A stretch of 64,000 nucleotides of DNA, taken from contig OY821645.1 of NCBI GenBank assembly GCA_963682135.1, positions 1,504,001 to 1,568,000 on the forward strand, written 5' to 3'. Both the position numbers and the translations under genes were made by a program. This document shows positions 9,446 to 20,413 of this stretch, in pieces (position 1 is the first letter of the stretch; the number at the start of each line of letters is the position of its first letter). The DNA is from Methanothrix sp. GTDB taxonomy: Archaea > Halobacteriota > Methanosarcinia > Methanotrichales > Methanotrichaceae. The notes beneath the pieces are model-generated. The model did not search any database, was not told where the DNA came from, and saw only the letters and a program-made list of their open reading frames with translations.

Positions 9446-12006
9446 CTGATCTCGTCCTTCAGCCCCTTCTGGAAATGGCCGTGGGTTATGCCTCCCAGAG
9501 CCAGGGGCCGGATGGACTCCTTCAGGCTTTCCAGATCTCGGCGGAGAGTTTCGCTTCCCTTCTCGGTCAGATCTATGGCTTTTCTGTAAATCTCCGTCAC
9601 CATGCGGGCGTACTCTCGCGTCCGACCCCGCGCGTCCATAGCCACACCATCCAGACCGATGGCGAAGATCTCTGGCATCTGGTCCAGCAGGCAGGTCTCG
9701 GCGGAGTTGAATATGTGCGTTCTATGATCATCATCCAGGCGCATGGGAAATATGCGTCTCATGTCCTGCAGGCCCCAAAATTCTTTTGGATCGTATACTC
9801 CTTTGGCCAGAAGGGGCATGCAGTCCTCGGCCACCATGACCTCCAAGTTGCCCTGCACCAGCAGCTCCATCTTTGCTGCATCGTAAAGATGGCGCACGGC
9901 GCCTGCCGTAGCGGCCAGTTGGCGGCAAGAGAGCTCCGGGGAAAGGGTGAGAAGCTCCAAGGGCGGAGAGAACGCTTGCACAGTCAGATGATTGCAGACA
10001 TTAAGGCCAGAGGCTCCAAAGATATGGACATCGGGCCTGGCCTCTATTGCCGCCTGCATGGCTCCTACGTTCTCCACCATAACAGCATCGATTTTTGCCT
10101 CGGACAGCAATGGCCCGGCAAATTTGAAAAAATCAGCATGCGTGATCTTAGGCCATTTCCAGATCAACGGCACTTTTCCGCATATGGCCTTAGCCTCATC
10201 TATCAGCTTCGCGGCCTTTGCGGCCCGATCTTTCTCCTCCCATCCTAAAACCGGCTCAAAGTAAACCCGCTGGCACCCGCCCTCTACTGCGCCCCTCACA
10301 GTCTCCAGGCTGTCGGCATAAACCGCCAGTGACGGCACACGGCCTGCAGAAGAGCCAGCAGCTGCGACACTGACAGAGGCAGGAGCTGATAGGTTCATCT
10401 CCCTCAATATATCTCGAGCCGTCTCTACATTCTCCTTTGTGGGGCGTCTCTCTTCAAGAAGTGCCTCCTGTACCTTTTCCAGGAGATCGCGCCGCAACTG
10501 GTTCAGGGCGCCCAGGGGGGCGAAGAGATCTCCTGCGTAGTCCATGGTAATCTTGCGAACGACAAAAGGAGTTTTGCCCGTTCGCAGCATCTGCGATTCA
10601 ATCTGCTGTCGGGATGTTGGCTGATTTTTGGCCTTTTCCATTTTAAAGGAAGCTTTTACCTGAACGACCCGTCCGCCTGGCAGCTCGGCCTGAAGCAGAG
10701 GCATTCCTTCCTGCCAGGTAAGGGTCAGATCCAGTGGGATCTGTATCTTGGCGGAGGCGATGATCTCCTGCGCTTTTTTGGCCAGAGCATTGCTGCCCGT
10801 CAGATAGACTTTGGCTCCGGGGCGCACCCTCTCCGGCGTCATCAACCGCAATAGGCCATCTTTCTGCACCACTTTTTGCACTACCAGGCCATTCTCCTGG
10901 CCCGGAGACTGAAAGACCAGGCCGTCGCCCTTCTCAGGGCAAAAGGGCCCTGTGAGCCTTACCGCCGCCTCGCCTCTCTGTACATCGAAGGAGGCCACGC
11001 TGCCGATGAGAACGCCCCGGTTGTCCGACATCTCCCGGCCCATGACATCCCTGGCTCCCAGCAGGTGGCCCTCTGTGAAGTCGCGGTTGAAGGATAATGC
11101 CAGGTCCCTTTCATCCTCAGGAGACGGCGTCCACTTGCCTTTGGCAATGGCCTGCATGGCTCTCTTGTAGATGCTGGTTACCACGGCAACGTACTGCGCA
11201 GACTTCATTCTCCCTTCAATCTTCAGAGACTCTACCGGCGAGCGGACGATCCTGTCCAGATGTCTGTAGACGCAAAGGTCGCGGGTGGAGATGAGAAATC
11301 GTTCTCTTTGCGGCTGAGCCACCAGGCTGGCCGGGCGACCGTATCGGTCCTTTTCTCCTCTGAGCAGCACGTAGGGCTTTCTGCAGGGCTGGGCGCACAT
11401 GCCACGGTTGCCGCTGCGTCCACCGATGGCCGAGGAGAGAAGACACTGTCCGGAATAAGAGTAGCATAGAGCGCCATGCACGAAAATCTCCAGGCCGATT
11501 CGCGGTGGTTTTGTCTGCTTTCCCGGCTCTTGCCTCATCTCTCTATCTATCTCATTTATCTCGTCCAGGCTCACCTCTCTGGCCAGGACAGCTCTTTTCA
11601 ATCCAGCGCGGGCCGCCCAGAGTGCTCCCTGCCGGTTATGGATGGTCATCTGAGTGGAGGCGTGCCTCTCCAGCTCAGGCACTATTTGGCTGGCCAGCAA
11701 AGACGCGCCAGGGTCCTGCAAGAGCACAGCATCTGCGCCCATTTCATAGAGCCTGAGAAGATATTTTGCGACGTCGGAAAGCTCGTTTTCTCTGATGAGA
11801 GTGTTTACCGTCACATAGACTTTCACGCCCGCCAGGTGTGCGTAGTCTATGGCCTTGGCCAAAGCTGTATCATCAAAGTTTGCGGCGAACTTTCTTGCAC
11901 CGAATCTCTTGCCGCTCAGGTAAACGGCATCCGCTCCTGCGGCAATGGCTGCAGTCAGAGCCTCTGGCGAGCCGGCGGGGGCGAGCAGCTGTGGCAGTCG
12001 TTTCAA
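9442..12006 (-). CDS. U32-family protein with DUF3656 region (RlhA-like RNA hydroxylation protein)
   Basis: LLAPAGS, GADAVY, HASTQ, HGALCYSYSGQC, GRSGNRGMCAQPCR, LKIEGRMK. Confidence 0.9.
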   Translation of the reverse strand: MKRLPQLLAPAGSPEALTAAIAAGADAVYLSGKRFGARKFAANFDDTALAKAIDYAHLAGVKVYVTVNTLIRENELSDVAKYLLRLYEMGADAVLLQDPGASLLASQIVPELERHASTQMTIHNRQGALWAARAGLKRAVLAREVSLDEINEIDREMRQEPGKQTKPPRIGLEIFVHGALCYSYSGQCLLSSAIGGRSGNRGMCAQPCRKPYVLLRGEKDRYGRPASLVAQPQRERFLISTRDLCVYRHLDRIVRSPVESLKIEGRMKSAQYVAVVTSIYKRAMQAIAKGKWTPSPEDERDLALSFNRDFTEGHLLGARDVMGREMSDNRGVLIGSVASFDVQRGEAAVRLTGPFCPEKGDGLVFQSPGQENGLVVQKVVQKDGLLRLMTPERVRPGAKVYLTGSNALAKKAQEIIASAKIQIPLDLTLTWQEGMPLLQAELPGGRVVQVKASFKMEKAKNQPTSRQQIESQMLRTGKTPFVVRKITMDYAGDLFAPLGALNQLRRDLLEKVQEALLEERRPTKENVETARDILREMNLSAPASVSVAAAGSSAGRVPSLAVYADSLETVRGAVEGGCQRVYFEPVLGWEEKDRAAKAAKLIDEAKAICGKVPLIWKWPKITHADFFKFAGPLLSEAKIDAVMVENVGAMQAAIEARPDVHIFGASGLNVCNHLTVQAFSPPLELLTLSPELSCRQLAATAGAVRHLYDAAKMELLVQGNLEVMVAEDCMPLLAKGVYDPKEFWGLQDMRRIFPMRLDDDHRTHIFNSAETCLLDQMPEIFAIGLDGVAMDARGRTREYARMVTEIYRKAIDLTEKGSETLRRDLESLKESIRPLALGGITHGHFQKGLKDEIS

Positions 12007-12569
12007 TTTTGATCGCCTGCGATGTCATCAATGGCTTTCATTACACTTTGCCACTGCGGGCAATAGTATACTTGTTCTGCATACTCTTCAATATCTGTGC
12101 CATTCAGGCTCCAGGGATGCAGGAAGAGAATTCCTCGTCGATCTGGATTGCTTCTTACAAATTCCACGATGTTCATATCCAGGTCATCTATCAGCACATC
12201 AGAGGGTATATTGTGCTTGGTGCCGGTCCTGGCATGATAATACTGCGTGAGGCAGGGAAAATGCAAAGAGAGCCATTTTCTCGTTGCCTCCTCGGCATTG
12301 GGCCTTCTCGCCGTCACCACGATTACATCACGCTTGCATAGCTGCTTTATGGCTTTTTGCGAGCCTTCGATCAACGGAACTCTCATAACATATTCCGGGT
12401 CGGCCAACAACCGGGCTATCTCCGCCCATATCTCTATTCCCGCAAAGCTCCAATGGGCACGATTGATATCGCTCTTGGAATACTTCAGTCCATAATCTTT
12501 TTCAATTTCCAGCAAAACCGCACTGACTTGATCAGCCAGAACTCCGTCAATGTCTACTGCGATCTTCAA
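12003..12569 (-). CDS. HAD-superfamily 5'(3')-deoxyribonucleotidase (NT5C-like)
   Basis: IAVDIDGVLAD, VTAR, K, LIDD. Confidence 0.8.
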   Translation of the reverse strand: MKIAVDIDGVLADQVSAVLLEIEKDYGLKYSKSDINRAHWSFAGIEIWAEIARLLADPEYVMRVPLIEGSQKAIKQLCKRDVIVVTARRPNAEEATRKWLSLHFPCLTQYYHARTGTKHNIPSDVLIDDLDMNIVEFVRSNPDRRGILFLHPWSLNGTDIEEYAEQVYYCPQWQSVMKAIDDIAGDQN

Positions 12570-12741
12570 ACCATGCCACTCCCAGAATTGCTCATCAAGC
12601 CTTTTCGCTCACAATAGTTCAACGAATGCATGGCATGATAAATCTTTTCTTGATCCAGGAGATGGCAAACGAAAAAATGCTATGCAACGCATACATGGGT
12701 TATTTATTGTAGGAGAAAGCAATTTTATTGAGGTGAATGGG

Positions 12742-13743
12742 ATGAGGTTTACTAAAGCAATTCTCGTTTTGATGACCCTTGTTATGCTCTGCTCAGCTGG
12801 GCAGGCATTGCAGGCGTTTTCGGGAGATACAGTCTCCATAGACTCGGCAGTTGCCGACGATATTATCGCAGCGGGCAATATGGTGAGCATTAATGCCCCG
12901 GTAGATTCGGCCATAGTGGCAGGCGGCAGCGTGAACATCAATGCCCCGGTGAAGGGAGACGTCATCGCCGTCGGTGGGCAGGTCTATGTTAATGCTGATG
13001 TGGGGGGAAAAGTAGTAGCAGCCGGCGGAAATATTAACCTGGGGGGAAACGTGGGCACCAATCTGGTAGCAGCGGGCGGCCAGGTGAATATCCTTCCCGA
13101 CAAAATGGTGGGAAGAGATGCACTCATCGGCGGCGGCCAGGTGGTTAACGCCGGACGGGTCAACGGCACCATCACGGTTAGCGCCAACCAATTCAATAAT
13201 ACCGGCTCGGCGGGATTGGTAAAATTCTACAAGGCAGAAGACCCATCTCCGAAGAGAGAGGATTATGATACGGGCTTTAGCATCTTCAGCTTGCTCGCCA
13301 TGCTCGGCTACTTCATCTTGGGGTTGATCTTGGTTAAGTCAGCGCCCGGCATCATGCAGGCAGTGGACGGCGAGGTGAGAAGCTCAACTCTTCTCAAGAC
13401 CTTACTGGGTTTTGTTATGATCATCGCCTCATTTATTGCTTTGCTGCTGGTGGCGGCTACTGTTGTGGGCCTGCCCATCGCCGTGATCTCAACTCTGCTC
13501 GTCTTCGCCGCCCTCATGCTGAGCGGAACCTTCGTCTCCTTCAGCCTGGGAAAATGGATCGGAGAGCGGGCCAAGATCAATCAGGGAGACCTGATATATT
13601 TCATAATCGGATTTGTGATCCTCAATGTGCTCTCTCTCTTGCCCTTTGTGGGCGGTCTGGTCTCATTGGTCTCCATGAGCCTGGGATTCTCGGCCATCCT
13701 TTTTGCAGCGCGAAGGATGACCGGCCAGGCAAAGGCGGCATAA
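12742..13743 (+). CDS. Bactofilin-like beta-helix plus multi-TM membrane protein
   Basis: Signal peptide MRFTKAILVL; repeated D/NxxAAGGxVxIN units; C-terminal TM helices. Start moved from 12550 to the ATG after GAGGTG. Confidence 0.75.
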   Translation: MRFTKAILVLMTLVMLCSAGQALQAFSGDTVSIDSAVADDIIAAGNMVSINAPVDSAIVAGGSVNINAPVKGDVIAVGGQVYVNADVGGKVVAAGGNINLGGNVGTNLVAAGGQVNILPDKMVGRDALIGGGQVVNAGRVNGTITVSANQFNNTGSAGLVKFYKAEDPSPKREDYDTGFSIFSLLAMLGYFILGLILVKSAPGIMQAVDGEVRSSTLLKTLLGFVMIIASFIALLLVAATVVGLPIAVISTLLVFAALMLSGTFVSFSLGKWIGERAKINQGDLIYFIIGFVILNVLSLLPFVGGLVSLVSMSLGFSAILFAARRMTGQAKAA

Positions 13744-14162
13744 TGTGTAAGTAGAATCTTTATTTAAATTTTTAATTTTAAGCTTAATAACACGCAGCAT
13801 GCTGCGCGAGTGCTCCGCAGCGATTACATTGGTAGCTAAAATTCACTGGCACCTATGGCAATTGCTTGGCTAAATGAATTGTCTTAGTTCTATATTACAT
13901 TATAAATATAACAACATTAGATGAACTAATAATCTCAAGGAGAACAGACCATGCTATGAACGAGGGGTCTCCAATTTGACCGCTTCCAAATGCGTCAGCA
14001 ACAGAGGTGAATAGTGCCGCAGCATGAAGGAAACAGAAGGCGACCATCCATTCATTTATAAAAGGAACTGCTGAACGGAGATTAATCGAAATATGATATC
14101 TAGTTATAAATAATTTGTTATCGGACGGAAAGTTATTTATTGTCTTGGAAGGATAATTAATT

Positions 14163-15755
14163 ATGTTCCATTCAGCATTTGCTGGCGATATCTCGAACAG
14201 AAGGTTATGGCGAGTGTTTCTTTGCGCTGCGGCCGCAATGCTGGCCGTATGTTTGGCCCATGCAGAAAATATAACTATATGCGAGGAAGGATGCAGCTAT
14301 GTTAATATAACTGCAGGCATAGCCGCTGCAAAGCCAGGAGATACCCTCGAGGTACATAGCGGAATCTATCGCGAGAACATCAACGTAACCAAGCCGATTG
14401 CCTTGTTAGGCATAAACACAGAAAAAGGAAGGCCTGTAGTAGATGCGAGTTATAAGGGAAGCGCGATAATCCTTTCAGCCGACGGGGTCAAAGTAGATGG
14501 ATTTGAGCTGAGATCTGCGTTAGGCAATCCTTACGTAGAATGGGCTGGCATCCTGGTCACATCAAATAATAATATCATTTCCAATAATATAGCTGTAGAT
14601 AATGACAACGGCATATATTTGTCTGGATTCGCTAACAATACCATTTTGCACAATAATGCGACCAATAATATAAACGGAATATGGCTCAATAAGTCCAATA
14701 GCAATAAACTCGGCAGCAATTACCTCGAAAGCAACAACCTTGGTTTAATCGTAGAATCATCTGCGGGCAACATTTTGGATGGAAATCATGCAACAAACAA
14801 TGACTACGGCATCCTGTTAAAATCATCAGAGGGCAATGCTTTAAAAGATAACCTGATGTACGAAAACAGCTACAACTTCGGAGCCGATGGCATCAATGAT
14901 GTATTACTAAGCAATTTAGTGGACAATAAGCCAGTCTATTTCTTGGTTCGGGCTTCAGGAAAAATCATAGACTCTTCCACTCGTGCCGGGGCTGTATATT
15001 GCATTGATTGCACAAATGTGACTATAAAAGATCTCATCATGGAGAATAATCAATACGGCATTTTCCTGAGCAATACCACTCACTCTGAGCTGGTGAACAA
15101 TAGGCTTACCAACAACACTTACGGAATAAGGCTAGTCTCTTCTCCAAAAAATATTATCCGGAATAATGAGATTACTAACAACCTCCTTGATGGCTTATCA
15201 TTAGATTCATCCAACAACAACATCATTGAGAATAATAGGGCCTACAAGAACCATGGTTACGGCCTGATAATATTGTACTCCGTCGACAACTCAGTGATCA
15301 CGAACAATATCAGCATTAACGACAATGGCATGGGCATTAATGACTCCAGTAATAATCTAATATCAAGAGATTTAATCGAATCCAATATAAATAGCGGCTT
15401 GTTGCTAAGGAACGCCAGCTACAACAACATTTCTTTGAACGCCTTAAATGACAGCCCTAGAGCAGTATGGTTGATCTCATCGTTCAAGAATTATATTGAG
15501 AGAAATGGCATCTTTGGCAATATCGATGGGATAACACTAGAATTCAGCAAAAACAATACTATAATCAAAAACAAAATTGGCAGTAATCGTAACGGCGTTT
15601 TATATGACATAGGATTTGATAATATTATGAGTGATAACGCCATGATTGGCAATGCAGAAGATCAAATAAAACTAATATCAACAACGACCGAGCAGCCGCC
15701 GGTTAGGCGAGTCTCTCCTAAATCGAAAGGGAATAAGGGCAAATCAGGAAAGTGA
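14163..15755 (+). CDS. Secreted right-handed beta-helix (NosD/CASH) surface protein
   Basis: Signal peptide; PGDTLEVHSGIYRENI; many NNxIxxN/GIxL repeats. Confidence 0.85.
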   Translation: MFHSAFAGDISNRRLWRVFLCAAAAMLAVCLAHAENITICEEGCSYVNITAGIAAAKPGDTLEVHSGIYRENINVTKPIALLGINTEKGRPVVDASYKGSAIILSADGVKVDGFELRSALGNPYVEWAGILVTSNNNIISNNIAVDNDNGIYLSGFANNTILHNNATNNINGIWLNKSNSNKLGSNYLESNNLGLIVESSAGNILDGNHATNNDYGILLKSSEGNALKDNLMYENSYNFGADGINDVLLSNLVDNKPVYFLVRASGKIIDSSTRAGAVYCIDCTNVTIKDLIMENNQYGIFLSNTTHSELVNNRLTNNTYGIRLVSSPKNIIRNNEITNNLLDGLSLDSSNNNIIENNRAYKNHGYGLIILYSVDNSVITNNISINDNGMGINDSSNNLISRDLIESNINSGLLLRNASYNNISLNALNDSPRAVWLISSFKNYIERNGIFGNIDGITLEFSKNNTIIKNKIGSNRNGVLYDIGFDNIMSDNAMIGNAEDQIKLISTTTEQPPVRRVSPKSKGNKGKSGK

Positions 15756-15777
15756 TAGCGACACAGAATTTGATCAT

Positions 15778-16920
15778 ATGTCAAGGGATTCCAGACTGAC
15801 TCGGCTTGAGGGACTGTTTAGAGGAGCAGGCATACCTTATCCAATTATTTTTATAGTTTTTGGGTTTTTAATCTTTATGGGTTATCTGTTTTTGGGCAGA
15901 ATGATTGAATGGGAATGGTCTCCTGATGATAAGATATCATTCATGCAGACAGGATTCTTGATAGCCTACCAATTATCAGGAATACAGTACTTATTGGACA
16001 ATTTTAGGAAAATTTTATCAGATCTCAGACTTTTGAGATCGGATATCGATGATGATTTCCTCACTGCTGTTGTGAGCAGATTCACATGCTCACTTTGGTT
16101 CTTTATTTTGCTGTCCGTAGTAATATTTCCATTCTATTTAGCCGATTGGATCTCTTCTGATTACACTTTGAAGGAAAATTATACGCTGATGCAACAATTT
16201 ATGCCAACCTATCTGCAGGACCCCAGCTTATGGATTGGTGCATTAGATATCTATCAGGATCTTGTAGGTTTCCTAACCCTTTTCCTGTTGGGATACATCT
16301 TATGGGTTATATTCAATATCGCATGGGCTCTTAGGAGCGCAAGCTTCAACATCATTGGTCGGCCTTCGGAGGTTAGCATTTTTAGTATTCACACGAAACT
16401 GAGGCCTATTAAGAATTCTCTATTAGGCATTTTGTTCTATTACTTTATTTGTATATCATTGCTTATTCTCAATTTGGGTTTAGCCGGCTATCTCTTCGAA
16501 AGAGTCACCCTTTTGGCATTATTGTTGGCAGGTCTTATTTTCTTCTTCGTAGGATACCAATCCCTAAATGAAATCGTCGAGCACCAAATTGATTTTGAAA
16601 TGGATCAGATAAATAAAAAGAGCATGGATTACACTAAAAAGCTATTAGCTATCGATTCAAATGGAGATTCTGGTCCAAAAATCCAAGAAATAAATTTTAT
16701 CTCAAGCATGTTGGAAGTTCTTCAGACGCAAAGAGCATCCCTAAAAGAAGCAAATATAAAAGTGTACGATTTGCGGTCAATTATATCGATTATCAGCGCG
16801 TTTATTCTGCCCATACTAACGGATATTGCTAAGAAGAATTTAAATCTTATGTTAGTGTCTGGAGATCTTGTTAATCAGGGATTATCCATTATATATTCGC
16901 TATTTCACAAAATAATTTAA
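15778..16920 (+). CDS. Polytopic membrane protein, unknown function
   Basis: 380-aa ORF with about 7 hydrophobic segments; AT-rich. Confidence 0.65.
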   Translation: MSRDSRLTRLEGLFRGAGIPYPIIFIVFGFLIFMGYLFLGRMIEWEWSPDDKISFMQTGFLIAYQLSGIQYLLDNFRKILSDLRLLRSDIDDDFLTAVVSRFTCSLWFFILLSVVIFPFYLADWISSDYTLKENYTLMQQFMPTYLQDPSLWIGALDIYQDLVGFLTLFLLGYILWVIFNIAWALRSASFNIIGRPSEVSIFSIHTKLRPIKNSLLGILFYYFICISLLILNLGLAGYLFERVTLLALLLAGLIFFFVGYQSLNEIVEHQIDFEMDQINKKSMDYTKKLLAIDSNGDSGPKIQEINFISSMLEVLQTQRASLKEANIKVYDLRSIISIISAFILPILTDIAKKNLNLMLVSGDLVNQGLSIIYSLFHKII

Positions 16921-16933
16921 ATCCGATGATCTT

Positions 16934-19216
16934 CTAGAAATCATACGAATAGCTTTCTCCAGCATTATAGGGATATTGCCACCACTTCCAGTTATATGGA
17001 TGTTCCGCTCTAATAGTATGTTGCTGATTTCCAGTTACCTTAAAGGTGTATATCCCGTCGAGGGCATCACTTCCATTGCCATCGGACCCAATCAAAACAC
17101 CATCAACTTTGACATCAAAGCCTTTATATTGAGCAGATCTGATTGTAATTGTTGCATAATCCGCTACAGGTTCATTAGGATCAATTAATAGGCTATAAGT
17201 ACTCTGAGACGATGGAGTTGTTCCATCTACCGCCATTTTCGAGACTGTTGATGCCGCCCCACTTATTATCAAAGTCTTTGTTGTTGTATTGCCTCGAACC
17301 TTATCGTTTGTTACAGTCAGCTTCACTTCATATGTCCCTGAATCATAATATATGTGTGATATAGAGACCCCTTTTCCCGAATATCCATCGCCAAAATCCC
17401 ATTCATAAATGACGATTTTTCCATCATTGGGAACGCTTCTTGATGCATTGAAGATTATTGCTTGCTCTGCCTTGGGCTCGGTCGGAGAATACGAAAATGC
17501 AGCATTCAGAATTGATTCTCCATGCAAATCATTCGCTGCTATTGATGGTGTCGGCTCAACTTCCGGGCTAACATTCACTTCAATAAATGTTGAACTGGAC
17601 AGGCCTTTGTCATTAAACACGGTCAGGTTAACGTTATAGGTCCCACTGTCAGAGTAAGAATGCTTAATAGATGCTCTTTTTCCTGAGCATCCATCATCAA
17701 AATCCCATTCATATCTGACTATTTGTCCACCTTTATCTGTGCTCTGGGTTGCATCAAAAGTTGTATCCTCATGGACTTTTGGATTGATTGGGGCATAGGT
17801 CCCAATGGCCTGCGGAAGTGATGCTTTATCTTCATCACCTGCAGGGTTTGATGAAGTAGGCTCAACTTCCGGGCTAACATTCACTTTAATAGTTGTCGAG
17901 CTTATCAATCCTTTTTCGCTATATACTGTCAGCCTGACGTTATAGGTCCCGCTGTCCGTGTATTGGTGCTTCATTTTAACTTTGTTTCCTGAAATGCCAT
18001 CATCAAAATCCCATTCGTATCTGATTATCTGTCCACTTTTGTCTGCGCTTTGGGTTGCATCAAATACTATATCTTCACCGACTTTTGGATTGATTGGGGT
18101 ATAGATCCCAATGGCCTCGGGAAACGGCTCCGTAACACAGATATTATATGTTTTTGTGCTCTCGCATCCTTCATCATCCTTTACTGTTAGGGTTGCCGAA
18201 AAATTCCCTTCGCTCGAGTAAACATGTTGGGATACTAATTTATGAGAGGTATCACCATCTCCGAAATCCCATTCATAATCTACGATCTTGCCATCTGGGT
18301 CTGGATCAAAACTTCCTGACGCATTAAAGCATACCACGTCATCCACATATGGATGAAGAGGGCTGAGGTTGAAAAAAGGCATAGGTGGCTGATTCTCGAT
18401 AGGTGTGAGAGGTGATTTAGCGGTTTCTTCTTGAATATATATAGGGACTTGGGATGTAGCCTGGAAGAACGGACCTCCCGGATGAAGTCTCGCACCTTCT
18501 TTTCCTTCTTCCGTCCACCAGTCCATGTTTAGCCATACATCACCTTTTTCAGGGTCAGAATGTATATAGACATCGTTCACTTTGTACTGTCTTCTGATCC
18601 ATTTCTCCATTTTTTCAATATCCGTATTATTATTGCTGTTACCCATATAAACTTCGGTGTAGGCGTGCCCTCCGGAAGGACTATAAGCGAGTATAATGCG
18701 CGGAGTGCCTCCGATGGACTCGATGAGAGCTGAAAGTAATATGGAGAAATCATCGCAATCTCCTATCCCAGAGTAACCGCTTTCTTTTCCCAACTCAAGA
18801 GTATAGTTTGAATACTGAAACACATCCATACCCCTCCAATCACTGGCAAAACTCCAGTTGCTTGCCATGTAATCGTAAATGGCACAAATTTGGTCTATTC
18901 TTTGAGCGCCTGATCTCCCGGCCGCCAATATGAGGCCTTTGCTTCTGACATCTTCATTTCCTCTATTTATCTTCTTATTAATTTCATCTCTAATGTCATC
19001 CGCAGTTATCTCTTTGGTCCGATTGTAGTTTGATGTCGGCCCTCGGGGAGAAGCCGATGTGGCAAAAGATATGAGCTCAGTGCCTTTGTATTCAGTTATA
19101 TTATTTTGGCCAATAGGCCTTTCGCCGTTTGGGCCGCTAGAGTAGGCTATCTCAGTGCAGTAGCAAGGAAATGCATAGATCAATAATGCCACCAAGAGGA
19201 CCAGATAGCGCCTCAT
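16934..19216 (-). CDS. Secreted transglutaminase-like domain protein with 4 PKD domains and a C-terminal beta domain
   Basis: Signal peptide; GDCDDF / GGHAY / WLNMD putative triad; four YEWDF(G/D)DG PKD repeats. Confidence 0.85.
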   Translation of the reverse strand: MRRYLVLLVALLIYAFPCYCTEIAYSSGPNGERPIGQNNITEYKGTELISFATSASPRGPTSNYNRTKEITADDIRDEINKKINRGNEDVRSKGLILAAGRSGAQRIDQICAIYDYMASNWSFASDWRGMDVFQYSNYTLELGKESGYSGIGDCDDFSILLSALIESIGGTPRIILAYSPSGGHAYTEVYMGNSNNNTDIEKMEKWIRRQYKVNDVYIHSDPEKGDVWLNMDWWTEEGKEGARLHPGGPFFQATSQVPIYIQEETAKSPLTPIENQPPMPFFNLSPLHPYVDDVVCFNASGSFDPDPDGKIVDYEWDFGDGDTSHKLVSQHVYSSEGNFSATLTVKDDEGCESTKTYNICVTEPFPEAIGIYTPINPKVGEDIVFDATQSADKSGQIIRYEWDFDDGISGNKVKMKHQYTDSGTYNVRLTVYSEKGLISSTTIKVNVSPEVEPTSSNPAGDEDKASLPQAIGTYAPINPKVHEDTTFDATQSTDKGGQIVRYEWDFDDGCSGKRASIKHSYSDSGTYNVNLTVFNDKGLSSSTFIEVNVSPEVEPTPSIAANDLHGESILNAAFSYSPTEPKAEQAIIFNASRSVPNDGKIVIYEWDFGDGYSGKGVSISHIYYDSGTYEVKLTVTNDKVRGNTTTKTLIISGAASTVSKMAVDGTTPSSQSTYSLLIDPNEPVADYATITIRSAQYKGFDVKVDGVLIGSDGNGSDALDGIYTFKVTGNQQHTIRAEHPYNWKWWQYPYNAGESYSYDF
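17553..18123. repeat. Intragenic tandem duplication (306-bp offset) encoding two near-identical PKD domains
   Basis: ggctcaacttccgggctaacattcactt at 17553 and 17859; similarity continues to cccaatggcct at about 17801 and 18107. Confidence 0.8.
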
Positions 19217-19393
19217 ATTTACTATACTGTTTTGGAATTCTTTATATAAATTATTGTTGGCTGCAATACACTAAGAGATTGTTTTCTGATAATTACTCGA
19301 CTTTACAGCCCGTAGGCAATATCGGCGATAGGTTTCTCATGCGAAACTGTTTTTAATTTAGAAAATAAGAAAATACACAATAGGTGATCCTTA

Positions 19394-20413
19394 ATGAGAT
19401 GTCGCAGAATTGCCTCAGTGATAACCAAGCTTGCCGTAATTTTTCTGATTGGCATTGCATATGGGGAAGACTATATGGGAAGTGGGTACATAAGAAGCTC
19501 CGACAGTTCTATTGTGGGAGACGAGTGGATATATGGAATGAACCAGTGGCTAGACGGGCCAGTCTCCACCATGCCTGGATATAGTTCCCATCCATCATCT
19601 AATGACCTAGCGTCCACTAATCCGACGCAGTCCTCCTTTAAATCTTACCCACCAACTAATGGAGTGACTGTCAGGAGCGAGACGATAAGCATTCCAGTTA
19701 AATTTAATATTACACAGGAGATGCCTTCGAACGTATACTATGGAGCAGGACACGAATTGCCATTTGTTCAATATGTATCCATAATGCCCTTTGAGACTAA
19801 TGACTTATGGATTCGAGGAGCAACGAATTGGACGAGGTATTTTGTGACTTCTGCGGGATCAAAGTTGCGCTTGATTGCCAATGTATCTGGAGGAGGTACT
19901 GCAACCATTTACGATTTAATTCAAACGGATCAGATCATTTTAAAGAACCAGACATATCCGTTCTACGAAGGCTATAACTCAATGGACTTCGTAGCTGACC
20001 AGATAGGAAAACATATGCTATATTTCGTGGCAAATAACCAGCCAAGCAACGTGGTAATTGTGGATGTAACTGGTCCGGCTCCCTCGACCAAACACCAGAC
20101 AGATCCTGGAACGTTTGAGGGCCAAATCTCGTCCGCAACGCCACAGGCATATTCAGCTATTGGAGACACTAATGTAATAATTCAATCTCAAGGTATGAAA
20201 GGATATCAGGTTTATGTAGATGATGCGTATATAGGGACCGAGGGTATGGCAGATGATCTACTTGACGGAATGTTCAGCTTCAGGGTAGTTGGCAATCAGA
20301 ACCATGACGTAAGAGTTTATGATGGTCAGTTCAACTACCTGAAGAGGATGTATTTCTCAAAGGGAGTCCAAAAGATAATCAACATAGAGCCAGGAGCGTC
20401 GGGCTATCTCTAG
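19394..20413 (+). CDS. Secreted protein with PEGA-like C-terminal beta domain
   Basis: Signal peptide; S/T/P linkers; C-terminal GYQVYVDDAYIGTEG..D.LDG.FSFRVVGNQNH. Confidence 0.75.
   Translation: MRCRRIASVITKLAVIFLIGIAYGEDYMGSGYIRSSDSSIVGDEWIYGMNQWLDGPVSTMPGYSSHPSSNDLASTNPTQSSFKSYPPTNGVTVRSETISIPVKFNITQEMPSNVYYGAGHELPFVQYVSIMPFETNDLWIRGATNWTRYFVTSAGSKLRLIANVSGGGTATIYDLIQTDQIILKNQTYPFYEGYNSMDFVADQIGKHMLYFVANNQPSNVVIVDVTGPAPSTKHQTDPGTFEGQISSATPQAYSAIGDTNVIIQSQGMKGYQVYVDDAYIGTEGMADDLLDGMFSFRVVGNQNHDVRVYDGQFNYLKRMYFSKGVQKIINIEPGASGYL

Noticed and set aside
9217-10248. Long alternative ORFs (e.g. 9217-10248, 30699-31649, 31917-32741, 5275-6033, 24694-25392)
   Set aside because: These are antisense or off-frame shadows of well-supported genes in GC-rich DNA, with no motifs of their own
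12550-12741. N-terminal extension of the bactofilin-like ORF
   Set aside because: It overlaps the divergent HAD gene and its promoter region; the RBS and signal peptide point to the ATG at 12742
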